From: Gemmatimonadaceae bacterium
GTDB taxonomy: Bacteria; Gemmatimonadota; Gemmatimonadetes; Gemmatimonadales; Gemmatimonadaceae
Length of the DNA: 49,425 nucleotides
NCBI GenBank assembly: GCA_035524735.1
Contig: DATKOH010000121.1
Coordinates: 1-49,425 of the forward strand
Reading direction: 5' to 3'
The notes under the pieces are model-generated. The model had not been told where the DNA came from. It worked only from the letters and a program-made list of their open reading frames with translations, and did not search any database. Position numbers and translations under genes: made by a program. Within the stretch, counting starts at the first letter, position 1. The number at the start of each line of letters is the position of its first letter. Positions 12,578-20,594 of the stretch are shown piece by piece.

Positions 12578-14214
12578 TACGGCTGCCGCGCGTACACGAT
12601 CCCCTCGCCGGGCGTGAGCCCGGTGACCCTGCCATCGGGGCCGAGGGTGAAGGTGACCAGGTCCTTCCCCAGCCAGCGCTTCGCGTGCACGAAGACGAAG
12701 GTGTCGTAGTTCCAGTGGTCGAGCGCGCCCGCGTCGAGTTCGTCGGTCACCGCGAGCTTCCCGTTCACGAGCTTCACGGTGATGCTGCCGTAGAGCGGGT
12801 CGGCGTACGTGCCCGCGTACTGCGCGAGCGGCAGCGAGGGGCGCGTGCCGGCGACGCGCTTGCGCACGACCTCGGCCTCCGCCTGCGCGCGCTGGCGGCG
12901 GAACCCCGAGTACATCTGGTTCATCTCCGCGCTCCAGTCGTGCGTGCCGCCGCCGAGGTAGCGGTCGAACACGGTGTACATGAGCGCGTGCCGCACCTCG
13001 GCGTGATCGAGGTTCGCGAGCACCACCACGCCGAGCTTGCGGTCGGGGATGAGCCCGACGATCGCGACCATCCCGTCGATGCTGCCGGTGTGGAAGACGA
13101 CCTGCTCGCCGCGGTAGTCCTCGAGGAACCAGCCGAGCCCGTACGCGGTGTAGTGCGGGTGCGTGAGGCGCGCGGTGGGATAGAACTCGTCCGCGCCCAC
13201 GGGCATCTGCACGCGCCAGAGTTCCTCGAAGAGGGGGGCGGGGATCGTGCGCTTGCCGGCGAGCCGCGCGCTGTCGAGGAGGAAGCGCATCCAGCGCGAC
13301 ATGTCGGCGACGCTCGAGTAGATGGAGCCGGCGGGGGCGATGTTGTCGGTGTGGTAGCGCTGGATCACGCGGATCGTGTCGTCGACGCGGAAGTGCGCCG
13401 AGGCGATGTCGCCGTGCGCCTCCGCCGCGTCGGTGGCGGTGAAGGTCTCGCGCATCCCGAGCGGGTCGAGGATGCGCGTGCGGGTAAGCGTCTCCCAATC
13501 GGTGCCGGCGGCGCGCGCGGCGATGTAGCCGGCGAGCGCGTAGGTGACGTTCTGGTACTGGAAATGCGTGCGGAAGGAGTAGGACGGCTTCGCGAGCCGC
13601 ATCTTCACGGCCATCTGGTCGAAGTCGAGCCGCGTGTCGTACCAGAGGTAGTCGGTGGAGGGGACCCCGCTGCGGTGGGTGAGCAGGTCGCGCACCGTGA
13701 GCTCCTGGCTCGCGAACGCGGGCTGGATCTGGAACGCCGGATAGCGGTCGGCCACGCGCGATTCGAGCGAGAGCTTGCCGCTGTCGGCGAGCAGCATGAC
13801 CTCGTACGACGTGAACGCCTTCGTGGTGGAGCCGATCGCGAAGGTGGTGTGCTCATCCACGGGGTCGTTCGCGCCGAGGGTGCGCACGCCGTACCCGTGG
13901 ATGAAGGTCACGGAGTCGTCCTTGACCACGGCGATGGCGAGACCGGGGACCTCCCACTCCTTGACCGCCTTGGCGACGTAGGCGTCGAAGCCGGCCATGG
14001 GATCGACGGGCGCGGGTGGCCGCGACGGACCGCTGATGACCGCGGATGACGCGGATGAACGCGGATGACTGCTGATGACCGCGGATGACGCCGATGAACG
14101 CGGATCGAGCCGAGGGGCGGTCTGGGCTCCCGCGTGCGGGGACCAGGGTCCCGACAACGCGAGCACAACGGTCAGGCCCACCAGCGAATTCCGTGTCGAG
14201 TTCGTCGCGATCAT
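12577..14214 (-). CDS. Secreted beta-lactamase-fold serine hydrolase (with DUF3471-like C-terminal domain)
   Basis: Track ORF 12577..14331. It carries the SxxK motif in FAIGSTTKAFT. An in-frame ATG at 14214 gives a signal-like MIATNSTRNSLVGLTVVLALSGPWSPHAGAQ. An alternative start is the ATG at 13998 (MAGFDAYVAK), which would exclude the repeat-encoded linker. Confidence 0.85.
   Translation of the reverse strand: MIATNSTRNSLVGLTVVLALSGPWSPHAGAQTAPRLDPRSSASSAVISSHPRSSASSAVISGPSRPPAPVDPMAGFDAYVAKAVKEWEVPGLAIAVVKDDSVTFIHGYGVRTLGANDPVDEHTTFAIGSTTKAFTSYEVMLLADSGKLSLESRVADRYPAFQIQPAFASQELTVRDLLTHRSGVPSTDYLWYDTRLDFDQMAVKMRLAKPSYSFRTHFQYQNVTYALAGYIAARAAGTDWETLTRTRILDPLGMRETFTATDAAEAHGDIASAHFRVDDTIRVIQRYHTDNIAPAGSIYSSVADMSRWMRFLLDSARLAGKRTIPAPLFEELWRVQMPVGADEFYPTARLTHPHYTAYGLGWFLEDYRGEQVVFHTGSIDGMVAIVGLIPDRKLGVVVLANLDHAEVRHALMYTVFDRYLGGGTHDWSAEMNQMYSGFRRQRAQAEAEVVRKRVAGTRPSLPLAQYAGTYADPLYGSITVKLVNGKLAVTDELDAGALDHWNYDTFVFVHAKRWLGKDLVTFTLGPDGRVTGLTPGEGIVYARQP
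14029..14111 (+). repeat. Tandem GCGGATGA-type repeat (two 39-nt units built from 9-10-nt subunits)
   Basis: GATGA recurs at spacings of 10, 9, 10, 10, 10, 9, 10 nt. Two 39-nt copies begin gatgaccgcggatgacgc(g/c)gatgaacgcggat. Shadow frames translate to IRVHPRHPRSSAV, and the hydrolase frame to PRSSASSAVISSH/PRSSASSAVISGP. Confidence 0.9.
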
Positions 14215-14248
14215 GATGCGAATCCTGTCGGTGTGAGGATCATGAATG

Positions 14249-14289
14249 GAACGCGGATCGCCGGCCCGGGGCCGGAGCGATCCGCGTTC
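14249..14289 (-). terminator. Long GC-rich hairpin downstream of the EF-G paralog
   Basis: GAACGCGGATCGC ... GCGATCCGCGTTC forms a perfect 13-bp outer stem. The inner CCGGCC/GGCCGG pairing gives about 17 bp in total. It lies 49 nt after the fusA-like stop on the minus strand and has no U-tract. It is built from the same repeat motif as the flanking clusters. Confidence 0.45.
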
Positions 14290-14343
14290 ATCCGCGTTCA
14301 TCCGCGGTGCTCCGCGGTGATCCGCGGTCATCCGCGGTCACGC
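14277..14343 (-). repeat. Inverted cluster of the GCGGATGA-type repeat (TCATCCGCG units)
   Basis: The sequence is cgatccgcgttcatccgcgttcatccgcggtgctccgcggtgatccgcggtcatccgcggtcacgc. The plus-frame translation in the track reads ERSAFIRVHPRCSAVIRGHPRS. It abuts the fusA-like stop codon at 14338-14340. Confidence 0.9.
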
Positions 14344-16449
14344 TTCCGCCAGCACTTCCTCCGTCTTCTTCGCCGACTCGGCGATCACCTTCTGCGCGTG
14401 TTCGCCCGGGACCTCCTCGTAGCCGCGGAAGCGGCGCGTGAAGGTCGCGTGCCCGTGGGTCATCGACGAGAGGTCGGTGGCGTAGAGGTGCAGCTCGGCC
14501 TGCGGGATCACCGCGCGCACGAGCGTGCCCCGGCCGTCGGGGAGGCTGTCGGACCCGAGGATGTGGCCGCGGCGCGCGGAGATGTCGCCCATCACGTCGC
14601 CGAGGTACTCGCCCGGCGTCGCGATCTCGATCTCGTCGAGCGGTTCGAGCAGCACCGGTTTGCACTTGGGCGCCACCGCCTTGAACGCGAGGATGCCCGC
14701 CATCTTGAAGGACATCTCGTTCGAGTCCACCGAGTGATACGAACCGTCGTAGCACTCCACCTTGAAGTCGACGAGCGGATAGCCGGCGAGGATGCCGCGC
14801 GCCGCCGCCTCCTGCACGCCGCGGTCCACCGCGGGGATGAACTTGCCCGGGATCGCGCCGCCCACGATCTGGTCCTCGAACACGTAGCCTTCGCCGCGCG
14901 GGAGCGGCGCGAAGCGCACCCAGCAGTCGCCGAACTGGCCGCGCCCGCCGGACTGCTTCTTGTGCCGCCCCTGCCCTTCCCCCCGCCCCTTGATCGTCTC
15001 GCGGTAGGCGATGCGCGGGCGCGTGAGCTCGGCGACCACGCCGAACTTCCGCTTGAGCTTGGCCATGTTCACCTCGAGGTGCCGCTCGCCGAGCCCCGAC
15101 ACGATCGTCTCGTGCGTCTCCGCGTTGTAGTGCATCTCGAAGGTGGGGTCCTCGTCGTGCAGGCGGTGCAGTCCGGCCTGCAGCTTCTCCTCGTCCGCGC
15201 GGTTCGCCGCGTGCACCGCGAACTCCACCAGCGCCTCGGGGAACTTCGCCGCCGGCAGCCGCACGGGATGCTCCTTGGTGCTCAGCGTGTCGTTCGTGTG
15301 CGTGTTCTTGAGCTTCGCCACGCAGCCGATGTCGCCCGCGTGCAGCTTCTCCACCTCCGCGCGCTCCTTTCCCTGCGACACCGCGATGTGCCCGAGCTTC
15401 TCCACGCCGTTGCGCGTCGCGTTGAAGACCTCGGCGCCGTTCACCACCATGCCGCTCAGGATGCGGAAGAAGGAGACGTCGCCCACGTGCGGCTCGCTCT
15501 GCGTCTTGAAGACCCACGCGGCGAAGGGGGCGTCGTCCTTCGCGTGGATCTCCACGGTCCGGTCCCCCTCCGCGCCCGTGAGCGCGTGCAGCTCCTCCAT
15601 CTCGAAGGCGCTCGGCATCAGCTCCACGATCTTCGTGAGCAGCGCGCGCGTGCCGTACGTCTGCTCGGCGCTCACGCAGAAGAGGGGGAAGAGCTCGCCC
15701 CGCTTCATCCCCTCCTTCATGGCCGCGATCGCCTCGTCGCGCCCGATCTCCTGCCCCTCGAGATAGCGCTCGAGCATCGCGTCGTCGGTGCTCGCGATGG
15801 TCTCGATGAGCTCCTGGTAGTACCGGTCGAACACCGCCTGCTGGTCGGCGGGGATCTCCGTCTCGTCGTACTCCCCGGCCTTCGTCCCCTTCTTGTAGAG
15901 GTGCGCCTTCTTCGAGAAGAGGTTGAGCACGCCGCGGAAGGCGGCCCCCTCCCCCACCGGCACCTCCACCGGGATGACCTTCGTGGTGAGCCGCGCCTTG
16001 ATGCTCTCGTAGGTGCGGTCGAAGCTCGCGTGCTCCTTGTCCATCATCGAGACGACGAAGAGCACGGGATCCTTCCGCGCCACCGCCTCGCGGAACATCA
16101 CCTCCGTGCCCACCTCCACGCCCGCCGAGGAGGAGACCACGACCAGCGCGCCATCCGCCGCGGCCAGCCCGGCGATCGCGTCGCCCAGGAAATCGGCGTA
16201 GCCCGGCACGTCGATCAGGTTGATCTTGGCGTCCATCCATTCCGCGTACGCGCAGCCGAGGTTGATCGAGTACTTCCGCTCGATCTCCTCGGGAGAGAAG
16301 TCGGTGAGCGCCGTGCCGTCCTTGATGGACCCGTGCCGCTTGGAGGACCCGGAAACGAAAGCGAGCGCGTCGACCAACGTGGTCTTCCCGCTCGCTCCGT
16401 GACCCACGACCGCGACGTTGCGGATCTCCTTGCTGCCGTATTCTCTCAT
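14338..16449 (-). CDS. Elongation factor G paralog (EF-G2-like translational GTPase)
   Basis: In-frame ATG at 16449 within track ORF 14338..16860, giving 703 aa. G1 is VVGHGASGKTTL and G3 is DVPGYADF. EF-G domains II-V are present (GDIGCVAKLKNTHTNDTL, RETI...GRHKKQSGGRGQFGD, SYHSVDSNEMSFKMAG). It is not next to rpsL/rpsG/tuf. Confidence 0.9.
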   Translation of the reverse strand: MREYGSKEIRNVAVVGHGASGKTTLVDALAFVSGSSKRHGSIKDGTALTDFSPEEIERKYSINLGCAYAEWMDAKINLIDVPGYADFLGDAIAGLAAADGALVVVSSSAGVEVGTEVMFREAVARKDPVLFVVSMMDKEHASFDRTYESIKARLTTKVIPVEVPVGEGAAFRGVLNLFSKKAHLYKKGTKAGEYDETEIPADQQAVFDRYYQELIETIASTDDAMLERYLEGQEIGRDEAIAAMKEGMKRGELFPLFCVSAEQTYGTRALLTKIVELMPSAFEMEELHALTGAEGDRTVEIHAKDDAPFAAWVFKTQSEPHVGDVSFFRILSGMVVNGAEVFNATRNGVEKLGHIAVSQGKERAEVEKLHAGDIGCVAKLKNTHTNDTLSTKEHPVRLPAAKFPEALVEFAVHAANRADEEKLQAGLHRLHDEDPTFEMHYNAETHETIVSGLGERHLEVNMAKLKRKFGVVAELTRPRIAYRETIKGRGEGQGRHKKQSGGRGQFGDCWVRFAPLPRGEGYVFEDQIVGGAIPGKFIPAVDRGVQEAAARGILAGYPLVDFKVECYDGSYHSVDSNEMSFKMAGILAFKAVAPKCKPVLLEPLDEIEIATPGEYLGDVMGDISARRGHILGSDSLPDGRGTLVRAVIPQAELHLYATDLSSMTHGHATFTRRFRGYEEVPGEHAQKVIAESAKKTEEVLAEA

Positions 16450-16546
16450 AGCGATGCCCTCAGGGAGCATTGGCCGCTCCAGCCCGGACGGGGCGGGAGC
16501 GGCCAGGTGGGACGCGGACGGAGGGACCCGAACCGCTCTTTGGGCT

Positions 16547-16575
16547 ATCCTACCCCGCGATCTCGGGGGGTGCAA
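16547..16575 (-). promoter_or_regulatory. Candidate sigma70-type promoter for the EF-G paralog
   Basis: The minus strand reads TTGCAC-N17-TAGGAT (-35 at 16570-16575, -10 at 16547-16552), about 95 nt upstream of the ATG. This is a sequence match only. The promoter consensus of this lineage is unknown to me. Confidence 0.25.
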
Positions 16576-16696
16576 GGAGGGAGAACCCGCACGCGGACCG
16601 GGTCGGACCCGGCGTGGCGCGGGGACCCGAGCGCCCTGTAGCTTGCCCTCAAGGGACGGCGCCCGGAGGGGTGCCATATTGCGAACGGAGGAGTCC

Positions 16697-17479
16697 ATGC
16701 GGATCACGCGCACGATCGGAGTCCTGATGTTGGCGGCGACGGCCGCGGCGGCGGCGGCGCAGACCCCCGCCCCGAAAGCGGATTCGGCGGCCAAGCCGGA
16801 AGCGAAATGGGAGTTCACGCTGGCGCCGTACGCGCTCATGCCCACCATGCAGGGGCACACGGCCCTCGGCTACCTCCCGCCGGTGAACGTCGACGCGGAC
16901 GCCAGCACGATCTTCTCGCATCTGCAGGGGGGCGCGATGCTCTACTTCCAGATGCGGAAGGGGGACTGGGCCTTCGCCACGGACGCCATCTACATGAATC
17001 TCGGGCAGCCCGTGCACCAGGACACCGGCTGGGCGAGCGGCGACCTCGGGATGAAGCAGTGGGCGTGGGAAGGATTCCTGTTCTACCAGTTCATCCCGAA
17101 GTTCGAGATCGGAGTGGGCTTCCTCGGGAACAAGGTGAACGGCACCGTGTCCGCCACGCTCACGCCCGGCGCCGGCGACACGACGGTGAGCCGCGGACTC
17201 ACCAAGAGCTGGTGGCTGCCGACGATCGCGATGCGGTGGACGCCGCTCGACGGCGCGCACTGGCACGGCGTGCTGTTCGCGGACTACGGCGGCACGGGGG
17301 GCAGCAACCTCAGCTGGCAGGTGATGCCGAGCGTGGGCTACCGCTTCTCGCACACCTTCGAGCTGGCGCTGCAATACCGGTGGATCGGCATCGATTACGC
17401 GACCGGCTCGGGCTCGGACTACTTCGAGTACGACATGAAGATCTTCGGGCCGCAGGTGGGACTGAGCTTCACCTTCTGA
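16697..17479 (+). CDS. Outer-membrane beta-barrel protein (hypothetical)
   Basis: In-frame ATG at 16697 is preceded by GGAGGAG. The signal peptide is MRITRTIGVLMLAATAAAAAAQ. The body has alternating aromatic/hydrophobic beta-strand periodicity and ends ...GPQVGLSFTF (C-terminal Phe). Confidence 0.8.
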   Translation: MRITRTIGVLMLAATAAAAAAQTPAPKADSAAKPEAKWEFTLAPYALMPTMQGHTALGYLPPVNVDADASTIFSHLQGGAMLYFQMRKGDWAFATDAIYMNLGQPVHQDTGWASGDLGMKQWAWEGFLFYQFIPKFEIGVGFLGNKVNGTVSATLTPGAGDTTVSRGLTKSWWLPTIAMRWTPLDGAHWHGVLFADYGGTGGSNLSWQVMPSVGYRFSHTFELALQYRWIGIDYATGSGSDYFEYDMKIFGPQVGLSFTF

Positions 17480-17537
17480 CCGCGGGGAGGAGGCGGGGGG
17501 ACGGGCGCGCGCCCCCGCCCCCCCGATCCCGTCCCCG

Positions 17538-18983
17538 TCACTCCCCCGCCGCGATCCGCAGCCCCGTGATCCGGTTCGGCGCGGCCGCCTCCACCGTGAC
17601 CGTGAGCGTGGGCGACTCGCCGTGCTCGGTGCGCATCCGCAGCACGATCTGCGTCGGCTCCGACGAGATCACCGCGACCGGCACCATCGCCCCCACCTGG
17701 TGTCGCATGCCGCGGTAGCTGGAGACGCGCTGGTCCATGGTGCGATGATCCCCCGGATCTTGGACCTCCTGCGTCGCCATGAACTGCCGGGCGGCCGCGG
17801 TGTCGCCCGCGTTGAACATCGCGATGAACGCGGCGGCCTGCCGGCCCGCCGGGGTTGCCGGCAGCGCGACCGCCATCGAGAGCGAGAAGGGCGCATTCCC
17901 CGGCGGCGGCCCGCCGACGCGCTGTCCGCCGCGGCCTCCCATCGGCGGCAGTCCGAGCAGCGGCGCGATCGCCTCCCGCGCGCGCGGCGCGGGGAAGTCG
18001 CTCTGGTTCGTCGCCATGATGAGCACGACGCCCTCGCGCGGCGCGCGCTCGTAGAGGAAGAAGCTGATCATGTCCGAGCCCGCGTGCGCGACCGGACGAT
18101 CCGGCGGGAACATCACGTCGCGCTGCGCGGCCGGGAGCAGCGCGCTCGATCCGAAGAGCACGTCGTAGAAGTGCCACATGTCGGTGACCGTCGACAGGAA
18201 GCCGCCGTTCCCGCGCAGGTTCCAGTACGGCCCGTCGGCGGCGTGGGGCTTGTCGAGCATGGTGCCGGCGTCCTCGTCCCCCTGGTACCCGTGCGCGAGC
18301 CGCAGCGTGTCGAACTTCGCGAGGAGGAGCCCGGTGTCGTGCATGCCGAGCGGCCGCCAGAGGTGCGCGTCGCAATAGGCGCCGTAGCTGTCGCCGGTGA
18401 CCACCTCGATGATCGCGGCGAGCACGGAGTATCCGGCGTTCGAGTACGCGCGGTCCGTGCCCGGCGGGAAGCGCAGCGGGAGCGCCATCACGCGGCCGAG
18501 GAACTGCGCGCGCGTCACGGAGTCGAAGTCGAGCCCCGAGTAGAGCGGCAACCCGGACCGGTGCTCGAGCAGCTCCTGCACGGTGATCCCCCGTTTGTCC
18601 GCCGGCACGCCGGCGAAGAACTTCCCGAGGGAATCGGTGAGCGCGAGCGCCCCTTTCGCCGCGAGCTGGAGGATCGCGACGGCGGTGAAGTCCTTGGTGT
18701 TCGATCCGATCTGCACCACCGTGCTCGGCGCGAACGGACGCGGCGGCTTCCGCACCGCCAGGCCGTAGCCCTTGCGCAGGATCACGCGCCCGCCGGCCTC
18801 CACGAGCACGACGCCGGCGAAGCCCTGCGCCTCCTGCGCGCGCAGCGCCGAATCGGCCGCGGCCGCGCGCGGGCCATCGATGATGATGGAAGCGGAGTCG
18901 CGCAGCGCGGACTCCTGCGCGGCGCACGGGAGCACGAGGAGCGCGGCGAAGGCCGCGCCCGCGATGACGTCGAGAGAGCGCAC
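17538..18983 (-). CDS. Secreted beta-lactamase-fold serine hydrolase
   Basis: 481-aa track ORF. The signal-like N-terminus is MRSLDVIAGAAFAALLVLPCAAQ. The SxxK motif lies in QIGSNTKDFTAVAIL and there is a YSNAGY motif. Confidence 0.9.
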   Translation of the reverse strand: MRSLDVIAGAAFAALLVLPCAAQESALRDSASIIIDGPRAAAADSALRAQEAQGFAGVVLVEAGGRVILRKGYGLAVRKPPRPFAPSTVVQIGSNTKDFTAVAILQLAAKGALALTDSLGKFFAGVPADKRGITVQELLEHRSGLPLYSGLDFDSVTRAQFLGRVMALPLRFPPGTDRAYSNAGYSVLAAIIEVVTGDSYGAYCDAHLWRPLGMHDTGLLLAKFDTLRLAHGYQGDEDAGTMLDKPHAADGPYWNLRGNGGFLSTVTDMWHFYDVLFGSSALLPAAQRDVMFPPDRPVAHAGSDMISFFLYERAPREGVVLIMATNQSDFPAPRAREAIAPLLGLPPMGGRGGQRVGGPPPGNAPFSLSMAVALPATPAGRQAAAFIAMFNAGDTAAARQFMATQEVQDPGDHRTMDQRVSSYRGMRHQVGAMVPVAVISSEPTQIVLRMRTEHGESPTLTVTVEAAAPNRITGLRIAAGE

Positions 18984-19059
18984 GGATGGATGGGGTGAGA
19001 GTGGACGGACGGCGAAGCTCCGCCGATTCGGACCGCGTGCCGCCGAAAGGGTTGCCGGC

Positions 19060-19422
19060 CTACAGCTTCCCCAGCCGCGGCGCCGCGCCGAGCAGCAGGC
19101 GGAGCTGGTTCGAACCGGCTTCCGTGAGCGGCACCTCGGCGTCGAGCGCGACGGCGCGCACCGCCTCGCGCGGGTCGCTCAGACAGGTGAAGACCACGGC
19201 GCCGGAGCCGCCGGGGGTGGCCATGCGGCCGGCGCTCCAGAGCCGGCTCGTCTCGTCCTCGAAGATCCGCTCGCTCCCCGAGCTGCGGCGCCGCGCCTTC
19301 CCGGATGGGACCACGATCGCTCCTCCGTCGACCGCCCAACCCTGCCACCGCGCGCCGCGGGCGTCAAGATGCGGGAAGGGGGACGCCGCGCGGGCGCCCC
19401 CCTTCCTCGTTCGCTGCCTCAT
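19060..19422 (-). CDS. Hypothetical protein
   Basis: In-frame ATG at 19422 within track ORF 19060..19503, 19 nt after the upstream gene's stop. Third-codon positions are almost all G/C in this frame. I recognise no family. Confidence 0.45.
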   Translation of the reverse strand: MRQRTRKGGARAASPFPHLDARGARWQGWAVDGGAIVVPSGKARRRSSGSERIFEDETSRLWSAGRMATPGGSGAVVFTCLSDPREAVRAVALDAEVPLTEAGSNQLRLLLGAAPRLGKL

Positions 19423-19441
19423 GCTGACGTCGAAAGTCTCG

Positions 19442-19954
19442 TTAGTCGTCCTCGTACTCGAAGGTGAATGCATCGGCCTGCCGGAGATCATCGAGCGTGC
19501 CATCCGCCGCGAGCGCGGGTTTGGGCAGCGTGAGCGTGATCGCGCGCCACGCGCCCTCCGGCCAGTCGGGCATCGCGAGCCCCGCGACGAGCTTCCGCAG
19601 CAGCGCGCCGAACTCGGCGAGGAGCTGTTCCGAGGTGGCGGCGAGCACCTCGAAGGGGATGGCGAGGTCGCGCGTGATCATCTCCCCCGTGGCGCGGTCG
19701 CGCCACGCGGCGTCGCCCACCGCGCCGCGCCCGGGCCAGAGCCCGAGATGCATCGCGGAGGAGACCTCCGACCCCACGCGGTGGCTCTCCATCGCCGCCG
19801 CCAGCGCGAGCGCCAGCGACTGCACGTTCGGCGTCCCGTAGAGCGTCACGACATCGCGCACCGGCGAGGCGAACGCCTCCCCCGCGGGCACGGTGTCCAC
19901 GCGCGCCAGCGGTGCGCTCTCCAGCGGATCCTCCACCATGACGAGAAAGTCCAT
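19442..19954 (-). CDS. Hypothetical acidic cytoplasmic protein
   Basis: 170-aa track ORF with balanced, non-shadow composition (MDFLVMVEDPLESAPLARVDTVPAGEAF...FTFEYEDD). I recognise no family. Confidence 0.7.
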   Translation of the reverse strand: MDFLVMVEDPLESAPLARVDTVPAGEAFASPVRDVVTLYGTPNVQSLALALAAAMESHRVGSEVSSAMHLGLWPGRGAVGDAAWRDRATGEMITRDLAIPFEVLAATSEQLLAEFGALLRKLVAGLAMPDWPEGAWRAITLTLPKPALAADGTLDDLRQADAFTFEYEDD

Positions 19955-20056
19955 GCCATGCCTCCCTGGTGAGACCTCTACCTGTTCAACTCACGGGGCG
20001 CGGAGAAGGTTCCGGCACGCCGGCACCGCCGACGGCGGAGCACCGCGGCGGCGCCC

Positions 20057-20515
20057 TCATTCAGCCGCGGCGCTCCGCCGTTCCCGGTCCAGCGCCCACG
20101 CCAGCGACACGGCGAGCACGATGTAGACCAGCGACACCTCCACCGGCGACAATCCCGACTCGAAGCCGGGGCGCAGGCGGTCGGGGACGATGCGGAAGTC
20201 CACGATCCAGGTGAGCCCCGCGAAGACGAGCGCCGCGCCGTAGAGACGCGGGCCGGTGAGGCGGCCGGTGGCGAGCGCCAGCAGCACCCCCCAGAGCATC
20301 ACCGACGCGGTGTGCGTGAGCAGGGCGAGCGGCGTGACGAGGAGGTCGGCGCCCTCCATATAGTAGGCGCGGCTCCCGATCAGGATGTGGGCCACGGAGT
20401 TCAGCGGGCGGAGCGCGGCGCCGTGCGCCGAGCCGAGACCGATGAGCACGCCCGCGGTCGCGGCCGCCGCGACGAGCCCGGAGCGCATCCCTTCGCGCAG
20501 TGTGCGGAACGCCAC
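20057..20515 (-). CDS. Hypothetical integral membrane protein (about 4 TM helices)
   Basis: 152-aa track ORF with hydrophobic segments GLVAAAATAGVLIGL, VTPLALLTHTASVMLWGVLLALA, YGAALVFAGLTWIV and VSLVYIVLAVSLAWAL. Confidence 0.7.
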   Translation of the reverse strand: MAFRTLREGMRSGLVAAAATAGVLIGLGSAHGAALRPLNSVAHILIGSRAYYMEGADLLVTPLALLTHTASVMLWGVLLALATGRLTGPRLYGAALVFAGLTWIVDFRIVPDRLRPGFESGLSPVEVSLVYIVLAVSLAWALDRERRSAAAE

Positions 20516-20594
20516 GCCCGTAGTCTACCCGGGGTCCTCCACGGCGCAACGGGGCACCTTGCGACGCAATCCCGCGGGCGTATTGTTAGCGCCG

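Noticed and set aside
14215-14331. 39-aa N-terminal extension of the hydrolase ORF (MTADHRGAPRMNADERGSLRPRAG...)
   Set aside because: It is the translation of the inverted repeat cluster and hairpin region. The NADERGS-type peptide is a by-product of the repeat, and the ATG at 14214 gives a normal signal peptide.
16523-16535. tRNA-like T-arm (minus strand GGTTCGGGTCCC) in the EF-G2 leader
   Set aside because: The flanking sequence does not fold into a 5-bp T-stem with a 7-nt loop. No acceptor stem, anticodon arm or CCA context could be built. It is probably a chance match in GC-rich DNA.
17480-17537. GC-rich imperfect palindrome (central GGGCGC/GCGCCC) between the convergent OMP and hydrolase genes, as a bidirectional terminator
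   Set aside because: Only 6 bp pair perfectly and extensions need bulges. This is too weak to call as a feature.
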